NCBI GenBank assembly: GCA_041649115.1
Contig: JBAZNT010000009.1
Location: forward strand, 10,501 to 74,500
Length of the DNA: 64,000 nucleotides
Reading direction: 5' to 3'
Source: Candidatus Omnitrophota bacterium
GTDB taxonomy: Bacteria; Omnitrophota; Gorgyraeia; Gygaellales; Profunditerraquicolaceae
Shown: piece by piece, positions 17,244 to 26,208 of the stretch
Numbering within the stretch: position 1 is the stretch's first letter
Layout of the letters: each line of letters opens with the position of its first letter
Translations under genes and position numbers: made by a program
Notes under the pieces: model-generated
What the model was told of the DNA's origin: nothing
Seen by the model: only the letters and a program-made list of their open reading frames with translations
Databases searched by the model: none

Positions 17244-17479
17244 TACTCCTTAAGGCCATCTTCCTCGGGGGCCTTTAAGTCAAATCCCCCTTTTTTGTTC
17301 TTAGTAAGGAGCTCCACTTTCTTCTTGGCATTCTCCAGCCGCTCGGCGCACATCCGCGCCAGCCCGATACCATCCTGGTATTTCTTAAGCGCCTCATCCA
17401 GCGACAAATCCCCTTTTTCTAAATCCTCGACTATCTTTTCGAGTTTTTTAAGAGACTCTTCGAATTTTATCTCACTCAT
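17243..17479 (-). CDS. xseB: Exodeoxyribonuclease VII small subunit
   Basis: FEESLKKLEKIVEDLEKGDLSLDEALKKYQDG is the typical XseB helix motif. Confidence 0.9.
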   Translation of the reverse strand: MSEIKFEESLKKLEKIVEDLEKGDLSLDEALKKYQDGIGLARMCAERLENAKKKVELLTKNKKGGFDLKAPEEDGLKE

Positions 17480-17495
17480 CTTGCTCCCCTTCTGC

Positions 17496-17722
17496 AGAGA
17501 CAGAACACACCTTGCCTTATCGGATAGGCAAGTGTGCGTCTTCTACGCTACCGGCGCAAATTCCGCCAGAGGGCGGATACCGGCCTTTCCTTTTAGGCCG
17601 GGCATATCACTTAGCGCCAGGTGTAAAACATATAGAGACAGAACACCAACGCAAATCCACTTAGCGTTGGGTGTTAAATGTAGAGACACAACACCAACGC
17701 CATTCCGCTTAGCGCTGGGTAC
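17496..17722. repeat. Three tandem-dispersed ~40-nt hairpin repeats plus one half copy in the xseA-xseB spacer
   Basis: Copies at 17496-17536, 17634-17674 and 17682-17720 share AGAGACA(G/C)AACAC(C)..., followed by an inverted repeat (e.g. ACACCAACGC...GCGTTGGGTGT). Half copy CACTTAGCGCCAGGTGT at 17608-17624. A separate hairpin CCGGCCT-N8-AGGCCGG lies at about 17580-17601. Confidence 0.6.
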
Positions 17723-17768
17723 TGCTTGACGCCGGGTGCAAGATTCTTACCATCCGGATCATCCCGCA

Positions 17769-19124
17769 TCAGGAGCCGCTTCCCCGAAGGTCTGTCACCT
17801 GGCTTAAAACCTCTCCTTCGTGCAGACGGGTTTTGATGGTATCCCCTATTTTTAAATCCGAGCTGTTCTTAACAACCCTGGCCTCAGGCATGCTGAAAGT
17901 AATGCTGTAACCGCGCCCCAGGATGCTTAGGGGGCTCAAGCTCCTCAATTTATCGGCGGCGGCAGAAAAATTTGCCTGCCGCATTTTAAGGATGTGTTCC
18001 ATGCCTACTAGAATCTGCCTTGCAAAATCCGAAATCCGCCTTTGATACTGCCCGACGGTAACGGCGGGGTTCAAAAGCAGTAGTTTTTTCTGCGCCGCTA
18101 AATAGGTGTTGGCGTTAAGCCTTAAGGTATTATCCATGCCTAGTCGCATCCGACGCAGAATATCCCCTATCGCATCCCGGCAAAGCGCCAGCGTATTAAG
18201 AAATGACCTTTCCAGGTCCGCCGTCAACTCCTTGACCCTTTCCTTTAAATCCTCTCTCTTGGGGGTTATTAATTCCGCGGCTACCGAGGGGGTGGCAGCG
18301 CGTACATCCGCCACCATATCGGCAATGGTCCAGTCTTTTTCGTGCCCCACCGCTGAAATCACGGGAATCTTAGAGTTGTAGATTGCCCGCGCAACAATCT
18401 CCTCGTTAAAGGCCCAGAGATCTTCCATGCTGCCTCCGCCGCGGCCGACAACCATTACCTCAATGCGCTCGCTGGCAGGGAGGGTTTCGTTAAATATATT
18501 AAAATCGGAGATTGCCCGGGCGATTTCGTCCTTAGCGCTATCCCCCTGCACCTGCACGGGGTTAATAACGATGTTTAATTCTCCGAACCTGCGGTCTAAG
18601 ACCTTCAGGATATCGCGTATGGCAGCTCCGGATAAAGAAGTAACAACCCCCACCCGCCTGGGAAGATAGGGAATGGGCTTCTTGTGTTCGCTGGCAAAGA
18701 GACCTTCCTTGGCAAGTTTCTCTTTCAGCTGCTCCAGCGCCAACTGGAGGCTGCCTATACCTTTCGGCTCAATACGCTCTACGATAATCTGGTACTGGCT
18801 GCGCGGCAGGTAGGCGTTTACTCTCCCGCAACATACAACCTTCAGGCCGTCTTCGATTTTAAACTTAACCTGGCGGCTGCCGGGCATAAACATCGCCGCC
18901 GCCAAGGTAGCATCGGAGTCTTTTAAGGAAAAATACAGATGCCCAGAGGTGTGGGCCTTGAAATTTGAGACCTCCCCTTCAACCCACACTGCTGGAAAGC
19001 TCGTTTCCAAAATAAGCTTGATGCCGCGGGTGAGCTCGGAAACCGTATAGATATGCCTGTCGTTTCCCAAAGCGGATGAGGTGGCAGCAAGAGGAGACGG
19101 GTTGTATTTGGCATTATTAGGCAT
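17769..19124 (-). CDS. xseA: Exodeoxyribonuclease VII large subunit
   Basis: N-terminal OB-fold motif VSELTRGIKLILE..VWVEGEVSNF and the central catalytic region, 451 aa. Confidence 0.9.
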   Translation of the reverse strand: MPNNAKYNPSPLAATSSALGNDRHIYTVSELTRGIKLILETSFPAVWVEGEVSNFKAHTSGHLYFSLKDSDATLAAAMFMPGSRQVKFKIEDGLKVVCCGRVNAYLPRSQYQIIVERIEPKGIGSLQLALEQLKEKLAKEGLFASEHKKPIPYLPRRVGVVTSLSGAAIRDILKVLDRRFGELNIVINPVQVQGDSAKDEIARAISDFNIFNETLPASERIEVMVVGRGGGSMEDLWAFNEEIVARAIYNSKIPVISAVGHEKDWTIADMVADVRAATPSVAAELITPKREDLKERVKELTADLERSFLNTLALCRDAIGDILRRMRLGMDNTLRLNANTYLAAQKKLLLLNPAVTVGQYQRRISDFARQILVGMEHILKMRQANFSAAADKLRSLSPLSILGRGYSITFSMPEARVVKNSSDLKIGDTIKTRLHEGEVLSQVTDLRGSGS

Positions 19125-19127
19125 CGC

Positions 19128-20996
19128 TTAACCTTGGGGCGCGCTGCTCTTTGTTTCCGTTACAGGGCTTAAGACAGATGTGACGTTACCCGTTGTGCCG
19201 TTAATATCCTTTTTCGCCGGAGCGGTAATATTCGCCTGGAGAGGCTGAGAAGGTGCTGCCGCGGGCTGCGCCTGTTCTGCCTGCACCTCCTTAGGCTTTT
19301 TCTTCAATATGATCTCCGTCACCGAGTAAGGGGAGAGCGCAAGGGATTCCTGGTAGGTTTCCTGGTTGAGGATATCCTTCTCTTCGGTCGGGCCGAAGCG
19401 GACCGTCCGGGCAACAGAGGCATCTACAACATATTTCTGATAAGAATAGTTGTCCTTTATGCCCTTGAGATTTAATTTAATAGTACGGTTGACGGATTTT
19501 AACTTCTCAACGCGCTCGCCAAGCTCCTGGAGTTGAGCCAGAAATCCCTTGACCTTGGCGGTAGTGCGCAGGCTATTGACATCCAGTTCTTTACGCAGGA
19601 CCTTGCTAAGGCGCCCGGACCTGACCAGTTCGATGATAAAGTTGCGCTCTCCGTCATTAAAAATGGCGATGTTGCGAGAGATAAAGCTGCTAACAGCGTA
19701 AGGGTCAATATAGTTATAGACAATAATGGTGACCTGGTCCTTGGATTTGCCCGCGATGACATTAACGTAATCATCGCTCACCTTGGAGCCTGCAGTAAAA
19801 AGTTCGCTGCCAAGACCGGCAAGCATGCGGAAAACCAGGTAACTCGACTTAGGGCCGCCCTTGTAGTCCGAAGACTCGGGGTCAAACCAGAAGACGCCGA
19901 CATTTCGAATCACCTTTTCTTTATTGCCGTCAAAATCCTCCAGGCAGAAGTAGGTTTGATAATCTACGCCCGCTTCGTACATATTCTTGAGGCGGCTGGG
20001 TATATAGCTTGCCGAGATGTGGGCAGCCTGGCCGCGCTCCGGGAGGATGTTTGCGCTGCTGTCGTAATTCCATTCACTTACCAAGAGAGGGAGGTTGCGC
20101 TTGAAATGAAAGTAGGTCAGCCAGTCACGCACAAGCTCAACGCTATTTTTATTATATGTAGTGGCTTCCCAGGCGGCCTTGGGGTCGCTGGTGTAGCTGT
20201 GCCAACTGACAAAATCCAAAGGAAGACGGTATCTGGAACAATAACGGATAAGGTCGTACACCAGGCTCCTCTCCGGGGTAAGTATGGTATTGCCGTCTGC
20301 ATCCTGGAACCACCAGCTTGCGCCCGGGCCTCCTACGGGGATATGAATCTTGGTCTCGGCCTCCAGCTCCTTGGCGCTCTCGGAAACGGCGCGGTACATG
20401 TTGAGGTAATCCTGCCTCCTGCCCAGAAAGAAATCGTCTAAGTCCGGGGCGCTCCAGACCTCATACCAGATGTTATACTTTTTGTCGCAGCTTAAGGTGC
20501 GCATGTAACCTTTTATCGAGGCCTTGAAAGAACGCAGGTCGCGCGGGGCGCTTCTTTTATCCAGCACCCGGCCCAGGCCGGGAGGGGTGCTGAATATATT
20601 CAGGATTACCGTTCCTCCGGCATCGCTTATCTTTTTAATAACCGCCTCGTAGTTATTAAGGAGTTTCTGATGCAGCTCTTTATCGTTGTTAAACTGGTTA
20701 ATCTCCCAAAGATTGTACTGTATGCGGTAGAAACCCTTAAAACCTATATCATTACCCCACGCCTCCAGAACCTTCTCGCTCGCCAGGTTCATTGGCCAGC
20801 CGTTCTTACGGTTATAACCCCGGCCGCTTAAGTCGATGTTCGGGCGCAACACCCTAGGCATGGCCACGGTAGCCGAATTTATATCCAGGCTAAACTCCAG
20901 ATCCTCGGCCAGCACAAAAGGCGCCCGCCAAAAATATGATAGCCACAAAAGTAAGAAGCTCGCAAAGAATGCCCTTTTGATTTCCAAGACGCGCAT
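19128..20996 (-). CDS. Exported clan GH-A-like (GH39/PslG-like) TIM-barrel protein with a Pro/Ala/Gln-rich C-terminal tail
   Basis: Signal/anchor FFASFLLLWLSYFW. WYEVWSAPD resembles the WEVWNEP acid/base strand, and LLVSEWN resembles the nucleophile strand. C-terminus KEVQAEQAQPAAAPSQPLQ. Confidence 0.45.
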   Translation of the reverse strand: MRVLEIKRAFFASFLLLWLSYFWRAPFVLAEDLEFSLDINSATVAMPRVLRPNIDLSGRGYNRKNGWPMNLASEKVLEAWGNDIGFKGFYRIQYNLWEINQFNNDKELHQKLLNNYEAVIKKISDAGGTVILNIFSTPPGLGRVLDKRSAPRDLRSFKASIKGYMRTLSCDKKYNIWYEVWSAPDLDDFFLGRRQDYLNMYRAVSESAKELEAETKIHIPVGGPGASWWFQDADGNTILTPERSLVYDLIRYCSRYRLPLDFVSWHSYTSDPKAAWEATTYNKNSVELVRDWLTYFHFKRNLPLLVSEWNYDSSANILPERGQAAHISASYIPSRLKNMYEAGVDYQTYFCLEDFDGNKEKVIRNVGVFWFDPESSDYKGGPKSSYLVFRMLAGLGSELFTAGSKVSDDYVNVIAGKSKDQVTIIVYNYIDPYAVSSFISRNIAIFNDGERNFIIELVRSGRLSKVLRKELDVNSLRTTAKVKGFLAQLQELGERVEKLKSVNRTIKLNLKGIKDNYSYQKYVVDASVARTVRFGPTEEKDILNQETYQESLALSPYSVTEIILKKKPKEVQAEQAQPAAAPSQPLQANITAPAKKDINGTTGNVTSVLSPVTETKSSAPQG

Positions 20997-21000
20997 GTCT

Positions 21001-21780
21001 TTAAAGTTTTCTTTGCAGGCGGGTGATTGATACCGCCCTGCCGCTATCTTCGTTGATTTCCACTATCGCCCCGTGCAACTGGATGTTGTCACTGGCCACC
21101 TCGAACCTCACCGGTACGCAACTCGTAAACCTTTCCAATACATCCTCGACCCGCCTGCCGATTACAGAATCAAATGGACCGGTCATCCCCGCATCGGTAA
21201 TGTATGCCGTGCCATGCGGAAGGATTTTCTCGTCCGCGGTCTGCACATGGGTATGGGTGCCCAGGACCGCCGAAACCTTCCCGTCAAGATACCAGCCCAA
21301 GGCTATCTTTTCCGACGTGGCTTCAGCATGGATATCTACGATGATGACCTTGGTTTCTCCCTGTAGCTCATTTACTGCCTCGGCAACAGTGCGAAAAGGA
21401 CATTCCAGGGCCTCCATAAAAACCCTTCCCTGTACATTAATAACCCCGACCTTGGCTCCGGAAGGGCTATTAAAAACCTCTTTACCGCTACCCGGCGCGC
21501 CTGGCGGAAAATTCAGGGGCCGCAGGATACGTTTTTCCTCCTTTATTAATTCAAAGATGTCGCGTTTCTTCCAGATATGGTCTCCGGAGGTAAGCACGTC
21601 AACGCCGCATGAAAAAAGCTCTCCGGCTACCTGCGGGGTAATCCCGGAGCCGCCGGCAGCGTTTTCGGCATTGGCAATCACGAAATCCAGACGCTCCTGT
21701 TTTTTAAGATCGGGCACCATCTTGACCACCGCATTCCTGCCCGGGCTGCCTACGATGTCGCCGATAAATAATATTCTCAT
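21001..21780 (-). CDS. ymdB: YmdB-family metallophosphoesterase (2',3'-cyclic-nucleotide phosphodiesterase)
   Basis: MRILFIGDIVGSPGR, ANAENAAGG, GDHIW. Located downstream of rny, as in many bacteria. Confidence 0.85.
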   Translation of the reverse strand: MRILFIGDIVGSPGRNAVVKMVPDLKKQERLDFVIANAENAAGGSGITPQVAGELFSCGVDVLTSGDHIWKKRDIFELIKEEKRILRPLNFPPGAPGSGKEVFNSPSGAKVGVINVQGRVFMEALECPFRTVAEAVNELQGETKVIIVDIHAEATSEKIALGWYLDGKVSAVLGTHTHVQTADEKILPHGTAYITDAGMTGPFDSVIGRRVEDVLERFTSCVPVRFEVASDNIQLHGAIVEINEDSGRAVSITRLQRKL

Positions 21781-21802
21781 CTGATATCTCTTTTTATGCC
21801 AA

Positions 21803-23356
21803 CTACTTAGCGTATTCTATGGCGCGCGTTTCACGGATAACCGTTACCTTAATCTGCCCCGGATATTCCATGCCTTCCTCGATTTTCTTGCGGATTTCCC
21901 GCGCCAGATTGATAGCCTCGCTGTCAGAGATCTTCTCGGGCTGCACAATAACGCGGATTTCCCGGCCCGCCTGGATAGCGTAAGACTTCTCAACGCCCTT
22001 GATAAGATTGGCGATGGATTCCAGCTTCTCCAGCCTCTTGATATAAGTCTCCAAGGTCTCGCGCCTGGCACCCGGACGCGCAGCGCTGATGGCGTCCGCT
22101 GCTACTGCCAGGACAGCATAGAGACTTTTTGGTTCGGTTTCTTCGTGGTGCGCCTCTATGGAAGAAGTCACCTCTTCCGCCTCATTGTATTTCCTTGCCA
22201 GGTCCGCCCCGATCTTGGCGTGGGTGCCCTCTATCTGATGGTCAACCGCTTTCCCGATATCATGCAACAGGCCGATACGCCGTGCCAACTTAAAATCCAG
22301 GCCTATTTCCGAGGCCATTGCACCCAGCAAAAAAGAAACCTCCTTGGAATGCTGCAGGGCATTCTGGCCGAAACTGGTACGGTATTTAAGGCGGCCCAGG
22401 AGTTTTACCAGCTCCGGATGCAGGCCGGTGATGCCTGCTTCAAATACAGTATGTTCACCTTCCTCGCGGATCTTCTCGTCGATATCCTTCTTGGTTTTCT
22501 CCACTACCTCCTCAATCCTCCCCGGGTGGATACGGCCGTCGGAGATAAGCTTGGTAAGGGCGGCGCGCGCCACCTCACGGCGAACGGTATCAAAACAGGA
22601 AAGGGTAACTGCCTCCGGCGTATCGTCGATAATAACGTCTACCCCGGTGGCCATTTCAAAGGCGCGGATGTTACGTCCCTCTCTTCCGATAACGCGGCCT
22701 TTCATTTCGTCGCTGGGGAGGTTGACCACGCTCACCGTGGACTCTACTACATGGTCGGCAGCGCAACGCTGGATGGCGAGACTGATGACCTCGCGCGACT
22801 TCTTCTCCGCCGCAGCCTTAAGCTCCTCTTCCTGCCGCTTTATTAACACGGCCCTCTCGTTGTTAAGCTCCTCGCTTAAACGGGCAAGGAGTATCTGTTT
22901 AGCCTCTTCCGCGGAAAGCGAAGAAATCTTCTGCAACCTCTCTTTCTCCTCGATAATAAGCTGGTGGAGCTGTCCTTCCTTGGATTTTAACGCCTCTTCC
23001 TGCTTCTTAAGGTTTTCGCTCCTGGACTCCAGCTCTTTCTCTTTCTTCTCTAAGAGGTCCAGGCGTCGCTCAATATTCTCCTCTTTCTGCGCCAGCCTCT
23101 TCTCCATATTGGCCAACTCCTGGCGGCGCTCCTGGGTCGAACGCTCAAACTCCTGGCGCATCTTATAGAGCTGGTCTTTCGCTTCTAACTCTACCTCGCG
23201 GCGGCGCTCCTGGGCTTCCTTATTGGCCTCATCCAGGATCTGCTTGGCATGCGCCTCGGCATCTTTGATTTTCCTCTCGGCAACGTATCTTCTGAAAAGA
23301 TAACCGCCGTAGCTTGCGACAATGGCAATTATAATAAACAGAATGGTATTAAGCAT
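21803..23356 (-). CDS. rny: Ribonuclease Y
   Basis: N-terminal TM helix, long coiled coil, KH motif [17 protein letters not shown] motif LLHDIGKA. Confidence 0.95.
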   Translation of the reverse strand: MLNTILFIIIAIVASYGGYLFRRYVAERKIKDAEAHAKQILDEANKEAQERRREVELEAKDQLYKMRQEFERSTQERRQELANMEKRLAQKEENIERRLDLLEKKEKELESRSENLKKQEEALKSKEGQLHQLIIEEKERLQKISSLSAEEAKQILLARLSEELNNERAVLIKRQEEELKAAAEKKSREVISLAIQRCAADHVVESTVSVVNLPSDEMKGRVIGREGRNIRAFEMATGVDVIIDDTPEAVTLSCFDTVRREVARAALTKLISDGRIHPGRIEEVVEKTKKDIDEKIREEGEHTVFEAGITGLHPELVKLLGRLKYRTSFGQNALQHSKEVSFLLGAMASEIGLDFKLARRIGLLHDIGKAVDHQIEGTHAKIGADLARKYNEAEEVTSSIEAHHEETEPKSLYAVLAVAADAISAARPGARRETLETYIKRLEKLESIANLIKGVEKSYAIQAGREIRVIVQPEKISDSEAINLAREIRKKIEEGMEYPGQIKVTVIRETRAIEYAK

Positions 23357-23441
23357 GGTATCTTGGAAACCTCCTTTGCTTATACAAGCGGACTCCGGCA
23401 GCTACAGCTATCCTAAAGCGGTGTTGTTGGCAGTGCGTTGA

Positions 23442-23984
23442 TCAGGCAAAGATGACGCGCTTTACCTTAACATCTTGGCGGGTAGTGGATACGGAAGGCA
23501 AAAGTTGGAAACCATAGGCTAGGCCGATGGTGGCAGTATTGCGCGGGAGGCGCCTCAGGAAACGGTCATAATAGCCTCTGCCGCGTCCTAGACGATTTCC
23601 CTTTTTGTCGAATGCTACGCCTGGAACAACCACGAGTTCTAGATCTTTCAACTTTATAGGTTTCTGGGGCCAGGGCTCTTTGATACCGTAAGCCCCTTTA
23701 ATCAACCTTGCGTTGGTTTTCAGCTCGCAAGGACTGATCTGCCTATTCTTCTTACATGCCGGGACTGCCACCCGTTTGCCTTCTTTTTGTGCCTGACGGA
23801 TCATCCCGTCAGTATTAACCTCGCCGTCAAATGCCATATAGAACATCACCGTTTTGGCTTTCTGAAACACTCCGGTCCTTAAAAGCTTACGCGTAATAAT
23901 GCTGCTTTTGCGCTTGCGCTGTTCCTCCTTTTGTGTTTTTAACCTTAATAAAATTCTATTGCGAAGTTCGGCTTTTGTCAACAT
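23442..23984 (-). CDS. 5-formyltetrahydrofolate cyclo-ligase
   Basis: VVVPGVAFDKKGNRLGRGRGYYDRFL is the signature C-terminal motif. Confidence 0.85.
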   Translation of the reverse strand: MLTKAELRNRILLRLKTQKEEQRKRKSSIITRKLLRTGVFQKAKTVMFYMAFDGEVNTDGMIRQAQKEGKRVAVPACKKNRQISPCELKTNARLIKGAYGIKEPWPQKPIKLKDLELVVVPGVAFDKKGNRLGRGRGYYDRFLRRLPRNTATIGLAYGFQLLPSVSTTRQDVKVKRVIFA

Positions 23985-23999
23985 CTTTGCCTGATAACT

Positions 24000-24665
24000 C
24001 TAGGCCCCTGCCTTGCCGGGGACAGCCATCCGGCGGGGCCGGGCGCTTCTTTTATAATCCTTGGGCTCTCGTATCTTACGCATCTTAGCGAGGGCCTTCT
24101 TTTTTTCCAGCTCCCGGTAGATTAAAACCCAGGCGCAGTCCGTATCTTTATCCACCTCGCATTTCCCCTTGTTCATTCCTCCGCACGGCCCATTCAAGAG
24201 ACCCTTGGGGCAGAGCGTGATTGGACAAATACCCATGGTAAACCCCAATACGCACTCCCCGCACATGGAGCATTTCTCATAGAAATCTCCGCGACCATCC
24301 GTAACCGCGCCAAATAGGGTATCACAGCCGGGCAGGACGGACAAACCAATCCTTTCATTATCCTTTATTGACTGCACCCCTAAACCACAGCTTAAAACCA
24401 ACACTGCTTCGGCCTCACGCATGGCCTTGCTGTTTTTAGCCAGTTCCGTCTTGGCCTGAGCGGCAATACAGGGTGCCTCCGGCACGCAGGTCCCGGTTAT
24501 AAACTTGCCGCTCTTCTCAAGGACCTTCTGCATGGCAATAACCTCATCCTTGCCGCCGCTCTTACAGGTAGTCGCGCACTCCCCGCAACCCACTAGGAAT
24601 ATCTTATGGTAATCTCTAAGAAGTTCTAATATCTCTTCTTGGGGCTTCTGCCTGCTGACAATCAT
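24000..24665 (-). CDS. Methylenetetrahydrofolate reductase C-terminal-domain protein (MetV-like, Cys-rich)
   Basis: GCGECATTCKSGG, CSMCGECVL, CPKGLLNGPCGG. No metF is adjacent. Confidence 0.7.
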   Translation of the reverse strand: MIVSRQKPQEEILELLRDYHKIFLVGCGECATTCKSGGKDEVIAMQKVLEKSGKFITGTCVPEAPCIAAQAKTELAKNSKAMREAEAVLVLSCGLGVQSIKDNERIGLSVLPGCDTLFGAVTDGRGDFYEKCSMCGECVLGFTMGICPITLCPKGLLNGPCGGMNKGKCEVDKDTDCAWVLIYRELEKKKALAKMRKIREPKDYKRSARPRRMAVPGKAGA

Positions 24666-25975
24666 TATCCCTGCCTCCTTAACTCTTCCAGCCGTTTTTT
24701 AATCTTGGCTTCAAAACCGATATCGCCGGGGCGATAATAGTCGGCGTCTCCAGGAGTATATTTTTGTTTTACATAGTGGTCCTTGTAATCGTGGGCGTAT
24801 TTATAGCCTTTGCCGCGCCCCAGCTTCTCTGCGCCGCGATAGGAGCTATCCTTAAGGTGCAGCGGGACTTCCTGAACTTTCTGTTTCTCAATATCAGAGT
24901 AGGCCTTATCAATTGCCAAGTAGGAGGCATTTGATTTCGGGGCACAGGCAACATAGATAGCGCTTTGGGCCAGCGGAATACGCGCCTCCGGCATCCCCAC
25001 AAATTCCGCAACCTGCAATGCGGCATTGGCTAAGACCAAGGCAAGGGGATCGGCATTACCAACATCTTCAGCAGCACAGATACAGATACGCCGGGCGATA
25101 AAACGGGGGTCCTCTCCGGCATAAAGCATCTTTGCCATCCAGTATATCGCGGCATCGGGGTCAGAGCCGCGCATAGATTTTATAAAGGCGGAGGCGGTAT
25201 CGTAATGTTCGTCCTCATCGCGGTCATAGAGCACTGCTTTTTTCTGGATGGACTCCGCGGCTGCCTCAAGCGTAAAATGAACCGTGCCATCCTTGGATTT
25301 GGGGGTAGTCAGAACCCCCAGTTCAAGGGAATTCAGCACCCTCCTGGCGTCCCCGCCCGAAGCCTTAGCCAGAAAGGTCAATGCCTTTTTATCGGCCTTA
25401 ACCTTTAATTCTCCCAGGCCCCGCTCTTTGTCCTTTAAGGCCCGGCTTAGTATAAGGATTATGTCGGCATCATTGAGAGGCTGAAGTTCAAAAACCACGG
25501 AACGCGAAAGAAGCGGAGAGACAAGGTAGAAGAATGGATTATGCACGGTTGCGCCTATCAAAACGGGGTTGCCGTTCTCAACGTCCGGCATCAGGACATC
25601 CTGCTGGGCCTTGTTGAAACGATGTATCTCGTCGATAAAAAGGGTGGTCTTGCGACCGCCGGAGATCCTCTTGTGCTTGGCCTGGGCAATGAGTTTCCTT
25701 AATTCTTCTACATTGGAGGTGGTGGCATTGATAGAAACATAATAAGAGCTGGTGGCATTGGCAATGCAGCGGGCAAGAGATGTCTTGCCGCTTCCGGGAG
25801 GCCCGTAGAGGATGATGGAACTCAGGCGATCCGCCTCAATAGTACGGCGCAGCAGCTTACCTTTGCCTAGGATGTGTTTCTGTCCTACAAATTCATCTAA
25901 GGTGCCTGGGCGCATGCGCGCTGCCAGAGGAAGCCCTTTCGGTGTTTCTTTGGTCTGTTCTTCAAAAAGTTCCAT
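24665..25975 (-). CDS. rarA: Replication-associated recombination protein A (AAA+ ATPase)
   Basis: [16 protein letters not shown], Walker [12 protein letters not shown], Walker [16 protein letters not shown]. Start placed at MELFEEQ (25975) rather than the upstream extension. Confidence 0.9.
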   Translation of the reverse strand: MELFEEQTKETPKGLPLAARMRPGTLDEFVGQKHILGKGKLLRRTIEADRLSSIILYGPPGSGKTSLARCIANATSSYYVSINATTSNVEELRKLIAQAKHKRISGGRKTTLFIDEIHRFNKAQQDVLMPDVENGNPVLIGATVHNPFFYLVSPLLSRSVVFELQPLNDADIILILSRALKDKERGLGELKVKADKKALTFLAKASGGDARRVLNSLELGVLTTPKSKDGTVHFTLEAAAESIQKKAVLYDRDEDEHYDTASAFIKSMRGSDPDAAIYWMAKMLYAGEDPRFIARRICICAAEDVGNADPLALVLANAALQVAEFVGMPEARIPLAQSAIYVACAPKSNASYLAIDKAYSDIEKQKVQEVPLHLKDSSYRGAEKLGRGKGYKYAHDYKDHYVKQKYTPGDADYYRPGDIGFEAKIKKRLEELRRQG

Positions 25976-26208
25976 AAAAGAATATAAATAAAAAATCCCC
26001 GCGCTGTGCCGTTGGAAGGCGATAGTCTGAACCGTTTTGGTTTCAGGTGGGTGCCCTCTCCTTGGACGCTCGCGCCCAAAGAAGCATAGAGCCCCCTTAT
26101 GTTGGTGTTGGTTCAACAATTATCAGTATTCCAACGTGCACGGCAGGGATATCTAAAAGAGCGTCTATTGTCACTGTAAGTATAACACATTTTAAAACCC
26201 TAGTCAAA

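Noticed and set aside
17496-17722. Considered whether the xseA-xseB repeats form a small CRISPR array
   Set aside because: There are only three diverged copies, with irregular spacing (about 97 nt and 7 nt between units). The units are themselves hairpins with variable stems, and the window has no cas genes or leader. This is more consistent with REP/MITE-like elements.
19533-20441. 302-aa plus-strand ORF inside the GH-like gene
   Set aside because: It lies antisense to a longer ORF (622 aa) that has a signal peptide and barrel-like motifs, and it has no independent support.
21023-21784. 253-aa plus-strand ORF covering the whole ymdB locus
   Set aside because: It lies antisense to a gene with clear YmdB motifs. 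Its translation is low-complexity (Ser/Thr/Pro/Ala-rich) with no recognisable domain, which is typical of a shadow ORF.
22344-23168. 274-aa plus-strand ORF (and the 233-aa ORF at 22145-22846) opposite rny
   Set aside because: Antisense shadow of the highly conserved RNase Y gene. The translation is Ser/Arg-rich, reflecting the Glu/Lys-rich coiled-coil codons on the other strand.
24665-26119. N-terminal 48-aa extension of RarA in the ORF track. Similar extensions occur on rubrerythrin (10755-10796), ParA (40285-40314) and the 29719-29850 extension.
   Set aside because: The extensions have no homology to the respective families, and internal ATGs give canonical N-termini. The extensions run into upstream genes or intergenic signals.
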